Positions 8,385-17,860 are shown, numbered from the stretch's first letter. The stretch: 32,000 bases of DNA from Corynebacterium glutamicum ATCC 13032 (GCF_000011325.1 NC_003450.3:270001-302000); one strand, 5' to 3'. Numbers and translations: made by a program. The notes: generated by a model from the letters alone, not told the origin.

Positions 8385-8732
8385 TTATCCGATTTGCAGG
8401 ATTGTGCGCAGGTTGGTGAACGTTTCTGGCTGGACCTGATGAAAGACGGTTCGTCCTTCGGGGATTCTTACCAATAGACCAGCGTCAGTCATCTTTTTTA
8501 GGTGGTGGGAGATGGTGGGTTGACTTAATCCCATGATTTCGGTGAGTTCGTTGACCGTAGTGGGGGTGCAACCTTCTGCTGCAAGATGGGACAGGATTCT
8601 TAAACGAACTGGCTCACCGAGCACTTTGAAAATCTCGGCGTAGCGTTCGGCATCGTCCACGCTGAGTGGTTCTGCTGCCAGTGAGCAACACTCTGCGGAG
8701 TTAATGAGCGGTAGGTGGATGGGTGCGGTCAT
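8385..8732 (-). CDS. arsR: ArsR/SmtB-family arsenite-responsive repressor
   Basis: Winged helix-turn-helix (VRLRILSHLAAEGCTPTTVNELTEIMGLSQPTISHHLKKMTDAGLL). Starting at ATG 8732 places the cysteines at positions 15, 16 and 55, which matches the As(III) site numbering reported for C. glutamicum ArsR. ATG 8741 is an alternative. The longer 149-aa ORF would overlap the acr3 promoter. Confidence 0.85.
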   Translation of the reverse strand: MTAPIHLPLINSAECCSLAAEPLSVDDAERYAEIFKVLGEPVRLRILSHLAAEGCTPTTVNELTEIMGLSQPTISHHLKKMTDAGLLVRIPEGRTVFHQVQPETFTNLRTILQIG

Positions 8733-8744
8733 GTCCGTCATTAT

Positions 8745-8797
8745 ATATTGACGCACATCGATATTGAAGGTATTTTTATATCGGCAAACATCAATAT
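8745..8797. promoter_or_regulatory. arsR/acr3 divergent promoter-operator with repeated ATATTGA heptamers
   Basis: ATATTGA occurs at 8745-8751 and 8761-8767, and inverted as TCAATAT at 8791-8797. ACATCGATATTGAAGG (8755-8770) is echoed by ACATCAATATGATTGAAGG (8788-8806). The spacer between the two divergent ars genes is AT-rich. Confidence 0.45.
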
Positions 8798-8813
8798 GAT
8801 TGAAGGCTGGCTC

Positions 8814-9896
8814 ATGACCCTTACTAAAGAGCATTCGACACCTCGAGCGGCTGGCTCAATGTCGTTTCTTGACCGCTGGTTAGCTGCCTGGATTTTCTTG
8901 GCTATGGCTGCTGGGTTGTTAATCGGCAAGGTCTTTCCAGGAATTGGGGCGCTTTTGAGCGCGGTGGAAATTGGTGGAATTTCCATTCCAATTGCTATCG
9001 GTTTGATCGTCATGATGTATCCACCTTTGGCCAAGGTGCGCTACGACAAAACTAAAGAAATCAGCACAGACCGCGCTCTCATGGTGGTGTCGATTATGTT
9101 GAACTGGATCGTTGGACCAGCACTTATGTTTAGCCTGGCGTGGCTGTTTCTTCCAGATCAACCAGAGCTTCGCACTGGGCTAATTATCGTGGGCCTTGCG
9201 CGCTGTATCGCGATGGTTTTGGTATGGAGTGATCTCGCTTGTGGTGACCGGGAAGCAACTGCTGTGCTGGTTGCAATCAACTCGGTGTTCCAGATCCTTA
9301 TGTTCGGTGTGCTTGGTTGGTTTTACCTGCAGATTCTTCCCTCGTGGCTGGGATTAGACACCACGTCGGTGACTTTCTCTGTGGTATCAATCGTGACTTC
9401 CGTTCTCGTGTTCTTGGGCATACCACTTGTAGCTGGAGTTTTATCTCGCGTCATTGGTGAAAAAACAAAGGGACGGCGCTGGTACGAGGACACGTTCCTG
9501 CCTAAGATTTCACCCTTGGCGCTGATTGGCTTGCTATACACAATTGTTCTGCTGTTTTCGTTGCAGGGGGATGAAATCACAGCGCAGCCTTGGACAGTAG
9601 CTCGTCTTGCATTGCCGCTGCTGATGTACTTTGTGGGCATGTTTTTCATTTCCCTGGTGGTATCCAAACTGTCCGGGTTAACTTATGAGCGAGCTGCTTC
9701 CGTGTCTTTTACTGCAGCAGGAAACAACTTTGAATTAGCGATTGCGGTATCGATCGGAACCTTTGGTGCGACATCACCGCAGGCATTAGCTGGAACGATC
9801 GGCCCTTTGATTGAAGTCCCAGTATTAGTCGGATTGGTTTATGTCATGTTGTGGCTTGGACCAAAAATCTTTAAAAAGGAGAATGCAGGATCATGA
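8814..9896 (+). CDS. acr3: Arsenite efflux permease, Acr3 family
   Basis: Polytopic membrane protein (about 360 aa from ATG 8814, with GAAGG 7 nt upstream). It sits between arsR and arsC. The stop overlaps the arsC start (ATGA at 9893-9896). Confidence 0.9.
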
Positions 9897-10282
9897 AATC
9901 AGTTTTGTTTGTGTGCGTCGGTAATGGCGGAAAATCACAGATGGCGGCGGCGCTGGCACAGAAGTATGCATCAGATTCAGTAGAGATCCATTCTGCTGGA
10001 ACCAAGCCTGCACAGGGGCTAAACCAATTGTCTGTGGAATCCATCGCTGAGGTGGGCGCTGATATGTCGCAAGGAATTCCCAAAGCGATCGATCCGGAGC
10101 TGCTGCGCACTGTCGATCGTGTGGTTATTTTGGGCGATGACGCACAGGTAGATATGCCTGAATCTGCACAGGGCGCTCTTGAGCGTTGGTCAATTGAGGA
10201 ACCGGATGCTCAAGGTATGGAACGTATGCGTATTGTGCGGGATCAGATCGATAACCGAGTCCAAGCTTTGCTAGCGGGATAA
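9893..10282 (+). CDS. arsC: Arsenate reductase, LMW-PTPase fold, single-cysteine (mycothiol/mycoredoxin-dependent type)
   Basis: 129 aa. The N-terminal P-loop-like motif is [15 protein letters not shown], and Cys8 is the only cysteine in the protein. It lacks the Cys/Arg pattern of the classical CTGNSCRS motif. Confidence 0.85.
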
Positions 10283-10288
10283 TTACCG

Positions 10289-10336
10289 AAAAAGGGGCAT
10301 GTCAGCAATAACTTGTTGGCACGCCCCTTTTTTTCT
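10289..10336. terminator. Bidirectional terminator between arsC and the mrp operon
   Basis: The sequence is AAAAAGGGGCATG..CACGCCCCTTTTTTT, a stem flanked by an A-tract and a T-tract. It lies between the arsC stop (10282) and the mrpG stop (10346). Confidence 0.75.
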
Positions 10337-10345
10337 AAAAGCAGT

Positions 10346-10666
10346 TTATTTGGATCGTCTGTTATCCACTACGGTCACACCATAGATGGCGCGTCCCATG
10401 TAGTAGGAACCAACGGAACCGATGACCCAGACGCCGATGATGGCGATGATCGCTCGGATGAAATTGTTGGGGTTAAATCCGTCGACGGACCAGGTGTGAA
10501 TCAGCAGCGCAATGATGAGCAGCGGTATGGAGACACCCACGGTGGTGCCAAGCAGGTTGGCTCGGGTGAGCGGATCCGGTGCGCGCCACAAAGCGATTGC
10601 AGTACCTAGAGAAAACAGGCCTGCGAGGATCACGAGGATGGAGACGATGATCTCTGGAATGGTCAT
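10346..10666 (-). CDS. mrpG: Mrp-type Na+(K+)/H+ antiporter subunit G
   Basis: 106-aa protein with three transmembrane segments. It is the last gene of the operon, and its start abuts the mrpF stop. Confidence 0.85.
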   Translation of the reverse strand: MTIPEIIVSILVILAGLFSLGTAIALWRAPDPLTRANLLGTTVGVSIPLLIIALLIHTWSVDGFNPNNFIRAIIAIIGVWVIGSVGSYYMGRAIYGVTVVDNRRSK

Positions 10667-10939
10667 TTACCTGCGTCCCTTCGAAATGATGCGAGCCATG
10701 GACAGGGTTGGAAGTACGCCGCCGAGGACTGCTGCGAGAAGAGCAATCTCAAAGGCGATTGAGGTTGGGTTGTTGAGCACCCAGATGAGGTAGATCGCGA
10801 TCATAGAGTAGAAAACCATGTCGGAAAGCACCACGCGGGTGAGGAAATCTTTGGTGCGCAGAATAAGGACCAGGGCAGATAAGAGGGAGAACGCAAACAT
10901 GCAGATGCCAACTGTGGTGACAATTCCAAAAGCAGTCAT
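10667..10939 (-). CDS. mrpF: Mrp-type antiporter subunit F
   Basis: 90-aa hydrophobic protein in MnhF-like order and size. Confidence 0.85.
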   Translation of the reverse strand: MTAFGIVTTVGICMFAFSLLSALVLILRTKDFLTRVVLSDMVFYSMIAIYLIWVLNNPTSIAFEIALLAAVLGGVLPTLSMARIISKGRR

Positions 10940-10945
10940 GTTGTT

Positions 10946-11401
10946 TTAAAACTCCCTCTTGTCTTGGCTGACGGTGTTTTGGGCGGTGTCAGCGATCTCG
11001 CGACTTGGCCACTCAGCATCGCTGGGGCGGATCTCCTTGTAAGGGCCTTGGCCTGGGACGCCGTGGTCAATTGAAGCGACCGAAGGGACGAGGCGTTGTT
11101 CCATATCGGCGATGGATTCAAAAACTTCTACTGGATCGGAACCAAACACTGCTTGGATCAGCAAAATGGTGGGGTCGCCGGGCTTGCGGGGTTCGCGTAG
11201 GCCAAGGGACAGGGTGGAAGGAGTCGCGGTGATGCACGTTGACAGGGCTGCGATCTGGAAGTCCGTGGTCACTCGAAGTGGGTAGCGGATAACAACGGGG
11301 TTGAAGCCGGTGTCCTTTTTTACCGCAGCGGTGATCACGCTGAAGCCAGAGAGGAAAATCTGGCCGATCAGCCATGGGATGAATTTCAGGGCGTTAAGCA
11401 T
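10946..11401 (-). CDS. mrpE: Mrp-type antiporter subunit E
   Basis: 151 aa. The N-terminal membrane segment LKFIPWLIGQIFLSGFSV is typical of MnhE. Its start overlaps the mrpD stop (TAATG). Confidence 0.8.
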   Translation of the reverse strand: MLNALKFIPWLIGQIFLSGFSVITAAVKKDTGFNPVVIRYPLRVTTDFQIAALSTCITATPSTLSLGLREPRKPGDPTILLIQAVFGSDPVEVFESIADMEQRLVPSVASIDHGVPGQGPYKEIRPSDAEWPSREIADTAQNTVSQDKREF

Positions 11402-12933
11402 TAGTTTCCTCCCTGGTAGCTAGGGCTTGGCACTCCGATGGCATTTTCACCGAGCACAGCCTGTTGGTATGCATCGGTGTTCAAGAGGCCGTCGGTGGCG
11501 GTGAGGGTCGCGTCGATAAGCGGGCCCGCGAAGATGAACATGCCTACCGATAAAATGATCAGGCTGAGCGCTGGGGCGATTTTTGCTGGGCTGATGCGCA
11601 GCTGCGGCGAGACGCCGCGCTGGTGCATTGCGCCACCCCAGAAGACTTCACGCCACACGCGGATCATCGAGAGCAGTGCGCCGAGGCTGGCGATGATGAT
11701 GGCGGCGATTGCGATCCATGCTGCAATATTGCCGACGCGGGCGATCTCGAGCAGGATGAGCGCTTTGCCCCACATACCGGAAAACGGTGGGAAACCGACA
11801 ACAGAGAAGGCACCTGCAGCGAACACTGCTGCGACGACGGGTTCGCGGCGTGCAAGGCCAGACAGCTTGGACAACATACCGGTGCCGTAGGTTTCTTCGA
11901 TTGCGCCGGAAGTGAGCACCAATGCGGCGATGGTGATCATGTGGTGCAGGGTGTACAACAGACCAGCGGCAAGTGCGCGCTGTGGATCGTCAGAGGTAAA
12001 CGCCATCATGATGAGAATAAATGGCATGCCGTTGACCATTTGGTAGGCAAGGACGCGACGGATGGAGTTTTCAGCAAGTCCAGCGAAGCCACCGACCAGC
12101 ATGGATATCACCATGAATGCGACAATCAGCCAATTCCACGTGGGATCCATGTCAAAAATGTGGACCCAAATGCGATAGAGCATGTATACCGCGACTTTGG
12201 TGTGCAAACCGGAGAACAACCCCATCACAGCTGCTGATGTACCAGGATAGGTGCGTGGCAGCCATGTGTGCACTGGGAATACACCGGCTTTAACCGCGAT
12301 GGCAATAACCACGATGCCCATTGCGCTGGCAACCAGGGGGTTGCCCTCTACGACATCTTGCAGAGCTGCGATGTTGACTGAGCCTATGACACCGTAGACG
12401 ATTCCCACACCTGCAACCAGCAATGTGGAGGCAGAGAGATTGACTAGTACGAAGATTCGTCCAGAGGCTAGGCGCGCCCACGTTCCGGTCATGGCGATCA
12501 AACCATAGGAAGGCAGCAGCATCACTTCGATGAACACAAAGAAGTTGAACAGATCGGCAGTCAGCAGAGCACCGTTGACGCCCGTGATCAGCATCAATGT
12601 GAGCGCTGGATAGAAACGCGCGCGGGTTTCACCGACGATGGTGGCAAACCAGTTGGCAGCCACCGCAACGATCGAGGTGGTGATCAACATGATGGCGCTG
12701 AACGTATCGGCAGCAAAGGGGATTGCCACGCCACCGACATAAAGGCCCACGTTGTGAGCAATCGGGCCGTGTTCAGCGGTGTGTGCAAACAACCAGATGC
12801 CAGCAAAAATACCCGCGAAAGGCACGATGATGTGCAAAATATCGCGGATGAGACGCCACGGCAGAAGCACCGCAATGGCAGAGGCAGCAAGGGGAACTGC
12901 AACGAAAATAGGAAGGAGAACATCCATGGCCAT
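11401..12933 (-). CDS. mrpD: Mrp-type antiporter subunit D (NuoN/ND2-like proton-translocating subunit)
   Basis: 510-aa polytopic protein with complex I antiporter-like features. Confidence 0.9.
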   Translation of the reverse strand: MAMDVLLPIFVAVPLAASAIAVLLPWRLIRDILHIIVPFAGIFAGIWLFAHTAEHGPIAHNVGLYVGGVAIPFAADTFSAIMLITTSIVAVAANWFATIVGETRARFYPALTLMLITGVNGALLTADLFNFFVFIEVMLLPSYGLIAMTGTWARLASGRIFVLVNLSASTLLVAGVGIVYGVIGSVNIAALQDVVEGNPLVASAMGIVVIAIAVKAGVFPVHTWLPRTYPGTSAAVMGLFSGLHTKVAVYMLYRIWVHIFDMDPTWNWLIVAFMVISMLVGGFAGLAENSIRRVLAYQMVNGMPFILIMMAFTSDDPQRALAAGLLYTLHHMITIAALVLTSGAIEETYGTGMLSKLSGLARREPVVAAVFAAGAFSVVGFPPFSGMWGKALILLEIARVGNIAAWIAIAAIIIASLGALLSMIRVWREVFWGGAMHQRGVSPQLRISPAKIAPALSLIILSVGMFIFAGPLIDATLTATDGLLNTDAYQQAVLGENAIGVPSPSYQGGN

Positions 12934-13317
12934 TTAAGCTTTATCCTCCTGATCTGTTGGGTTGGTGACTGAACGAGCGCTAGTAGTCAAAGGCGATTGA
13001 TCGTCATCTGGTTCGATGGACCGGGTGTCGTCGCTGCGTCCCAGTGCTGCCAAGGCCAACATGATGGTTGTGGTGGCCATCGCGATGACGATGGCGGTGA
13101 GGACGAAGGCCTGGGGGAGTGGATCGGCGGCGTCGGTAAGCGGGGTCCTGTCGGGGAAGGCTTCGCCGCGCCACGTGGGCACACCGGCGTACAGGATGGT
13201 CAGGTTCGCTGCGTGGCCGATCAGTGACATGCCGAAGACGATGCGCACCATTCCGCGTTGCTGAATGAGGTAGACACCTCCACCGAAAAGTATCGCGACT
13301 GTCAGTGCGAGAATCAT
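12934..13317 (-). CDS. mrpC: Mrp-type antiporter subunit C (NuoK-like)
   Basis: 127 aa with three transmembrane segments. The start overlaps the mrpA stop by 4 nt. Confidence 0.85.
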   Translation of the reverse strand: MILALTVAILFGGGVYLIQQRGMVRIVFGMSLIGHAANLTILYAGVPTWRGEAFPDRTPLTDAADPLPQAFVLTAIVIAMATTTIMLALAALGRSDDTRSIEPDDDQSPLTTSARSVTNPTDQEDKA

Positions 13318-16208
13318 CGGTTTGCCTCCTCTTTGTTATCGCCTGCGGGGTTGATGGGTTCGGGCCAGTCTTCATCGCCTTCTGGTTCGGGTTCAACCGT
13401 TGGCGTTGCTGGCAGTGGGCCACTTCGGCGGGCGTAGTCCAGATCTGCAATGTCGGTACCTGGGCGCAGGTATCCGCCCAGGCCGTTGATTGCCATGGAC
13501 ACCATGCCCAACACGGCCAGGTACACGCCGAGGTCGAAGATCATCGAGGTGGTCCAGTGCTGGCCTACGAAGTTGAAGTGGATGGCGTACAGGAAAGAAC
13601 CGTGGGTGAGTCCCAGTACGCCCGAGAACACTGCCATCAAGATGCCCGCACCAGTGAGAATGAAAGGAACATTCGGGCGGAAAATGCGGCCATCTTTGGC
13701 CTTGGACAGGTACAGGAGCATCAGCGCGCCACCGGCAATTAGGGCTGCGATGAAACCGCCTCCCGGATCATTGTGTCCACGCATGAACACCATGAAGCTC
13801 AAGAAGCATAGCGCTGGAACCAGCACCTTAAGCAGCATGCGCAGCGGAATGGAGTTCAACTGTGATTGGCCAAAGGGGCGAGGGTGGGTGCCCTTGGCAA
13901 ACGGATGACGAGGCATGGAAGCCACCATCGCACCGATGACGACAGCTGCCATGCCAAGCACGGAGAGCTCGCCCAACGTATCCAGTGCACGGAATTCCAC
14001 GAGGATGGTGTTCACCACGTTGGCGCCAGAGGTGATCTCTGGACCTTGGTTGAGGTACCACATGGCCAGCTCAGAACGTTCGTGACGGCCAAGCAATCCC
14101 CACACCGCCATGAATGCGGCGAAGGCAGCAAGGACGGCGACAAGAACGGTGCTGCGCCTTCTGCTGGGCTTGATGCGCTTGAAGTTGGCAGGCTGGTGCC
14201 GGACAACCATCATGATGATTACCACGACGAGGCCTTCTACCAGGAACTGGGTAAGTGCAACATCGGGAGCGCCCAGAAGTAGCATCTGGAAGGAAACACC
14301 CACACCAACGGTACCCACAAGCACGGCTGCGCTGAGGCGGTTTCGGGTGGTGAGCAGGCCGAAGACAGATAGCGCGATGATGGCAAGCGGAATGAGGTCG
14401 ATCCAACGATCAATTCCCGGTTGCTTTGGTGCAAGCTGAACCGAGGGGTGAATGGTGGCAAAAGCAGCCAGCGCCCAGAGCAGCACGATGAGGCTGACCA
14501 AGTGCCTGCGTGGGCTCATCGAATCAGCCATGCGACCGAAGAATTTACCCAGCAAGTTGGCTCGGTAAACCAGCATCGATAGGATGTCGTTGCCTGTGGC
14601 GATGGGGAAAGGGCTGGTCTCGGCGATTTTCCACAGCTCTTTGCGGAACAGCACACCAAGGATTCCGGCCACCAGCACACCCAAGGAAATCAACAGTGGG
14701 GTGTTGATGCCGTGCCACAATGCCAGGTGCATGTGCGCCGCTTCCCCCGCGGCGGAGGTGGCTGCGGCGGAGACGGGGGCGTCGAAAAGCGAAAGTACTA
14801 GGACTAGTGGCAGAGACATAAGTCCAGGCAGGGCGGCCGGAAGCCAGAGGGAGACGGGGGCTTCCTTGACGTGTGACATGTCGCGTGGGCCGTCGACGAA
14901 TGCGCCGAGCACGAGTTTCGCGGAGTATGTGAAGGTTAGGACCGCGCCGATTGCTGCGCCGACCAGCAGTAATACAACATAGGAGTTGCCGATGGGGGCG
15001 TCCATGAACGCTGTGATCATGCCTTCTTTGGACACGAAGCCGAGCAACGGCGGAACCGATGCCATCGACAACGCACCTATTAATACAGACACAAACGTGA
15101 ACGGCATCTTCTTGACCAGGAAACCGAGGCGACGAATATCGCGCGTGCCAGTCTGGTGATCAATCACGCCAATGAGCATGAACAACGAGGACTTAAACAG
15201 CGCGTGGCTGAGCGTGTGCACAATGGCAGCGCCGAGCGCGAAAGGAGTGCCCACGCCGATGGTCGCTACGATCCAACCCAAATGCGACACCGTGGAATAT
15301 GCCGTGAGCTTCTTCAGATCGGTCTTCTGCACCGCGAAATACGCCGACATGATGGCCGTACCCATGCCGACGATAATCAGCAACCAATTCCAGACCGCAA
15401 CATCATGGAACACAATGCTAAAGCGCAGCAACAGGTAAATACCCGCCTTGACCACGGCCGCAGCGTGCAGGAACGCCGACACTGGGGTGGCCGCAGCCAT
15501 CGCCTCAGGCAGCCAGAAGTGGAACGGGAACTGTGCGGACTTAGTGAACGCGGACATTGCAATCAGCACCGCAATAACACCCGTGAGCACTGGCTTCTCC
15601 GCCCAGAAATCAGAGTGCAAAATACCATCGAGGCTGGTGGTGCCAGCTTGGGTCGCAGCAATCGCCACCGCAGTAAGCAGCGTGAGGCCGCCGAAAAACG
15701 TCAAAATCAACGTGCGGATCGAACCAGATTCACCAGAAGAACCCGAACGCGCAATCAACATGAATGACGCAAGCGAGACCAGTTCCCAGCCGACGAACAA
15801 CACAAAGACATCATCGGCAAGCACGAGCAGCAAAATGGCAGCGGTAAACGCCGTCATGATGGTGTAAAAACTCGTGTTGCCCTTCTTCCGCGGCAAATAT
15901 TCCGCCGAATACACAAACACCACAGCGCCGATAACCAGCGCCAACAGTGCAAAGAACAAACTCAACGCATCAGCGCGCAAGGCAAACTTGACGTCGACAC
16001 CCGAGCCGAGAATATCCCTCACCCACGTGATATCCCAGGTCAGCGCCTGACCATCCAAAATTGGACCAGCCTCACGCACCAAAAAATATGCGGCGACTGC
16101 AAAGATTACAGCCAAAGGCCATCCAGCTTTTCGATCAATCACCTTGACCGAAATTGGCGCCAAAAATACTGAGATCACAGCAAGCGCCACAACAAATAGC
16201 AAACTCAT
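13314..16208 (-). CDS. mrpA: Mrp-type antiporter fused subunit A/B (NuoL/ND5-like domain plus MrpB-like C-terminal domain)
   Basis: The 964-aa polytopic protein is far longer than a stand-alone MrpA core, and no separate mrpB gene is present. This fits a six-gene (group 2) Mrp operon. Confidence 0.9.
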   Translation of the reverse strand: MSLLFVVALAVISVFLAPISVKVIDRKAGWPLAVIFAVAAYFLVREAGPILDGQALTWDITWVRDILGSGVDVKFALRADALSLFFALLALVIGAVVFVYSAEYLPRKKGNTSFYTIMTAFTAAILLLVLADDVFVLFVGWELVSLASFMLIARSGSSGESGSIRTLILTFFGGLTLLTAVAIAATQAGTTSLDGILHSDFWAEKPVLTGVIAVLIAMSAFTKSAQFPFHFWLPEAMAAATPVSAFLHAAAVVKAGIYLLLRFSIVFHDVAVWNWLLIIVGMGTAIMSAYFAVQKTDLKKLTAYSTVSHLGWIVATIGVGTPFALGAAIVHTLSHALFKSSLFMLIGVIDHQTGTRDIRRLGFLVKKMPFTFVSVLIGALSMASVPPLLGFVSKEGMITAFMDAPIGNSYVVLLLVGAAIGAVLTFTYSAKLVLGAFVDGPRDMSHVKEAPVSLWLPAALPGLMSLPLVLVLSLFDAPVSAAATSAAGEAAHMHLALWHGINTPLLISLGVLVAGILGVLFRKELWKIAETSPFPIATGNDILSMLVYRANLLGKFFGRMADSMSPRRHLVSLIVLLWALAAFATIHPSVQLAPKQPGIDRWIDLIPLAIIALSVFGLLTTRNRLSAAVLVGTVGVGVSFQMLLLGAPDVALTQFLVEGLVVVIIMMVVRHQPANFKRIKPSRRRSTVLVAVLAAFAAFMAVWGLLGRHERSELAMWYLNQGPEITSGANVVNTILVEFRALDTLGELSVLGMAAVVIGAMVASMPRHPFAKGTHPRPFGQSQLNSIPLRMLLKVLVPALCFLSFMVFMRGHNDPGGGFIAALIAGGALMLLYLSKAKDGRIFRPNVPFILTGAGILMAVFSGVLGLTHGSFLYAIHFNFVGQHWTTSMIFDLGVYLAVLGMVSMAINGLGGYLRPGTDIADLDYARRSGPLPATPTVEPEPEGDEDWPEPINPAGDNKEEANR

Positions 16209-16381
16209 GCATTATCCCTAATCGCCCATAGAACCCTCGCCACCGCCAAAACGATTTCAGTGACACGGGAGGGCATTTACCCTTTAAATTGACTATTTAC
16301 AAAACTACTTGATGAGTTAGCAAGAGCACATTTCGGTGCGCCTCCCTGCTAAACCTCGAAACAATAACTAGATTGCACACT

Positions 16382-17860
16382 ATGTCTGCCGCTGCTTCTC
16401 GATCAAGAAACATCTTGACTGCCCTCCTGCTATTGGTCCCGCTCATCGCAGGTACCATCTACGCCTCCGCCATGGGCTTGGACGTCTCCCGCGCATGGTC
16501 CTCAGCAGATGAAGTAACGGGGGCACCTGCAGCCTCCGTAGCCACCAACAACCAGGAGCTTATCGAAGCCCGTCGCGCCGCCGGAGAAGCCGGCGCCCAA
16601 GCGGGGTTCCTCACCTCAGGAACTGAAGAGCTAACCAGCGGAACACAAGAGCTTATCGACGGCGCAGCCCCACTCGAAGAAGGCGTCTCAGCCGCGGCTG
16701 ACGGTGCAGCGCAACTCCACGATGGCCTCATCCAACTCCAGGCCGGCACTGGACAAATGGGAACCGGCGCCACCGAAATTGCCGACGGCGTCCAAAACGC
16801 AGTCGAACAACTTGGCGGTCTTGTCGTTGTACAGCAGCAACTCTTAGGCGCCCTCAACGAAGCAGACAAACAACTCGCCTCGAGCAAAATCCCCGAAGCC
16901 GAAGACCTGCGCAAACAAATCACCGAAGTCCGAGGACACCTCGAAAACTTCGGCATCTCCGTAGAAATGACCGACCAACTCGATCAACTACGTTCCGGCA
17001 CCCGCGACCTGGCTAACCAACTCGCAGTCCCCGGCTACGGATTCCACGATGGTATTTACAGCGCCACCAATGGAGCAGCCGAATTATCTGCAGGTTTGCA
17101 AGAGCTAGAAGCAGGCGTTGGGACTGCCGTCGAAGGCTTCACCGCACTCGATGAAGGTGCAAACCGATTAGACTCCATGGCCACCCTCAACGAAGAAAAA
17201 ACCTCCGCAGTCCAACGAGCCCTCCCGGTACCCCAAGTACCCGCCGGCACAATCGAAGGCACCGCAGACGAAGAACGCACCAGCGCACTAGCGCCCATGT
17301 ACGCCTTCTTAATTTCAGCATTGGTCATGCTGGCCGGTGCAGCACTTGGATGGGCAACACTAAAAAACAAGTGGCTGATGGCCTTTGCTGTCATTGGTGT
17401 CACTGCAATCGGTGGCATTATCTTGTTCACCGTAGCTTTGGGCATATCCATTGGAGCTTTGTTTGGAGCCTTAGGAATTTTGCTTCTTGCCACTGTTGTT
17501 GCCGGTATTCTCTCCCGGATTTTGCTTGACGTGTTGGGAACTACCGGGGCTATTGTGGTTTCTGTTCTGGGATGGGTAGCCCAAGCTGCAGTAATTGGCC
17601 ATGTATGGAGTGTTACCGCTGTATCCGATATCGCACTTGTTTGGCGAGTCGTCGCAGGCATGATGCCACTGCATTATCCAACCTTTGCAGTGACCTCCAT
17701 TGGTAATGGCGGATCAGCTGCAGCTATCTGGATGTCTGTTGCTGTCTTGTTGGCAATGGGAGCGATCGGAGCTGTTGCGCTTCGGAAGCCAAAGGCGGTT
17801 GCGGTTGAGGTTGAAGAAGCTGTTGATGCTGATGCAGACCAAGCAGCCTCGGAATCCTGA
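16382..17860 (+). CDS. YhgE/Pip-domain membrane protein: N-terminal transmembrane segment, extracytoplasmic Gly/Leu heptad-repeat region, C-terminal multi-TM domain
   Basis: Repeats such as TSGTEELTSGTQELIDGAAPLEEGVSAAADGAAQLHDGLIQLQAGTGQMGTGATEIADG match the X-X-X-Leu-X-X-Gly heptad signature of YhgE/Pip proteins. About five C-terminal transmembrane helices follow. The start is ATG 16382 or TTG 16373, and neither has a clear SD. Confidence 0.75.
   Translation: MSAAASRSRNILTALLLLVPLIAGTIYASAMGLDVSRAWSSADEVTGAPAASVATNNQELIEARRAAGEAGAQAGFLTSGTEELTSGTQELIDGAAPLEEGVSAAADGAAQLHDGLIQLQAGTGQMGTGATEIADGVQNAVEQLGGLVVVQQQLLGALNEADKQLASSKIPEAEDLRKQITEVRGHLENFGISVEMTDQLDQLRSGTRDLANQLAVPGYGFHDGIYSATNGAAELSAGLQELEAGVGTAVEGFTALDEGANRLDSMATLNEEKTSAVQRALPVPQVPAGTIEGTADEERTSALAPMYAFLISALVMLAGAALGWATLKNKWLMAFAVIGVTAIGGIILFTVALGISIGALFGALGILLLATVVAGILSRILLDVLGTTGAIVVSVLGWVAQAAVIGHVWSVTAVSDIALVWRVVAGMMPLHYPTFAVTSIGNGGSAAAIWMSVAVLLAMGAIGAVALRKPKAVAVEVEEAVDADADQAASES

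Noticed and set aside
8715-8834. Long N-terminal extensions of the arsR (149 aa) and acr3 (393 aa) ORFs that overlap each other
   Set aside because: The extensions cross the AT-rich divergent promoter and have no family-like sequence. The internal ATGs (8732 and 8814) give canonical proteins, and 8814 has an RBS.
11623-15767. Several 60-200-aa ORFs on the plus strand or in alternative frames inside mrpD/mrpC/mrpA (e.g. 11623..12237, 13004..13450, 15156..15767)
   Set aside because: All are nested within clearly recognisable Mrp subunit genes. Their products are Arg/His/Gly-rich with low complexity and no start signals.
16459-17661. Antisense ORFs 16459..16956 and 17056..17661 within the YhgE/Pip gene
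   Set aside because: These are Ser/Ala/Pro-rich antisense translations of an Ala/Gly-rich gene. There is no RBS, and the sense frame has a coherent membrane and repeat architecture.
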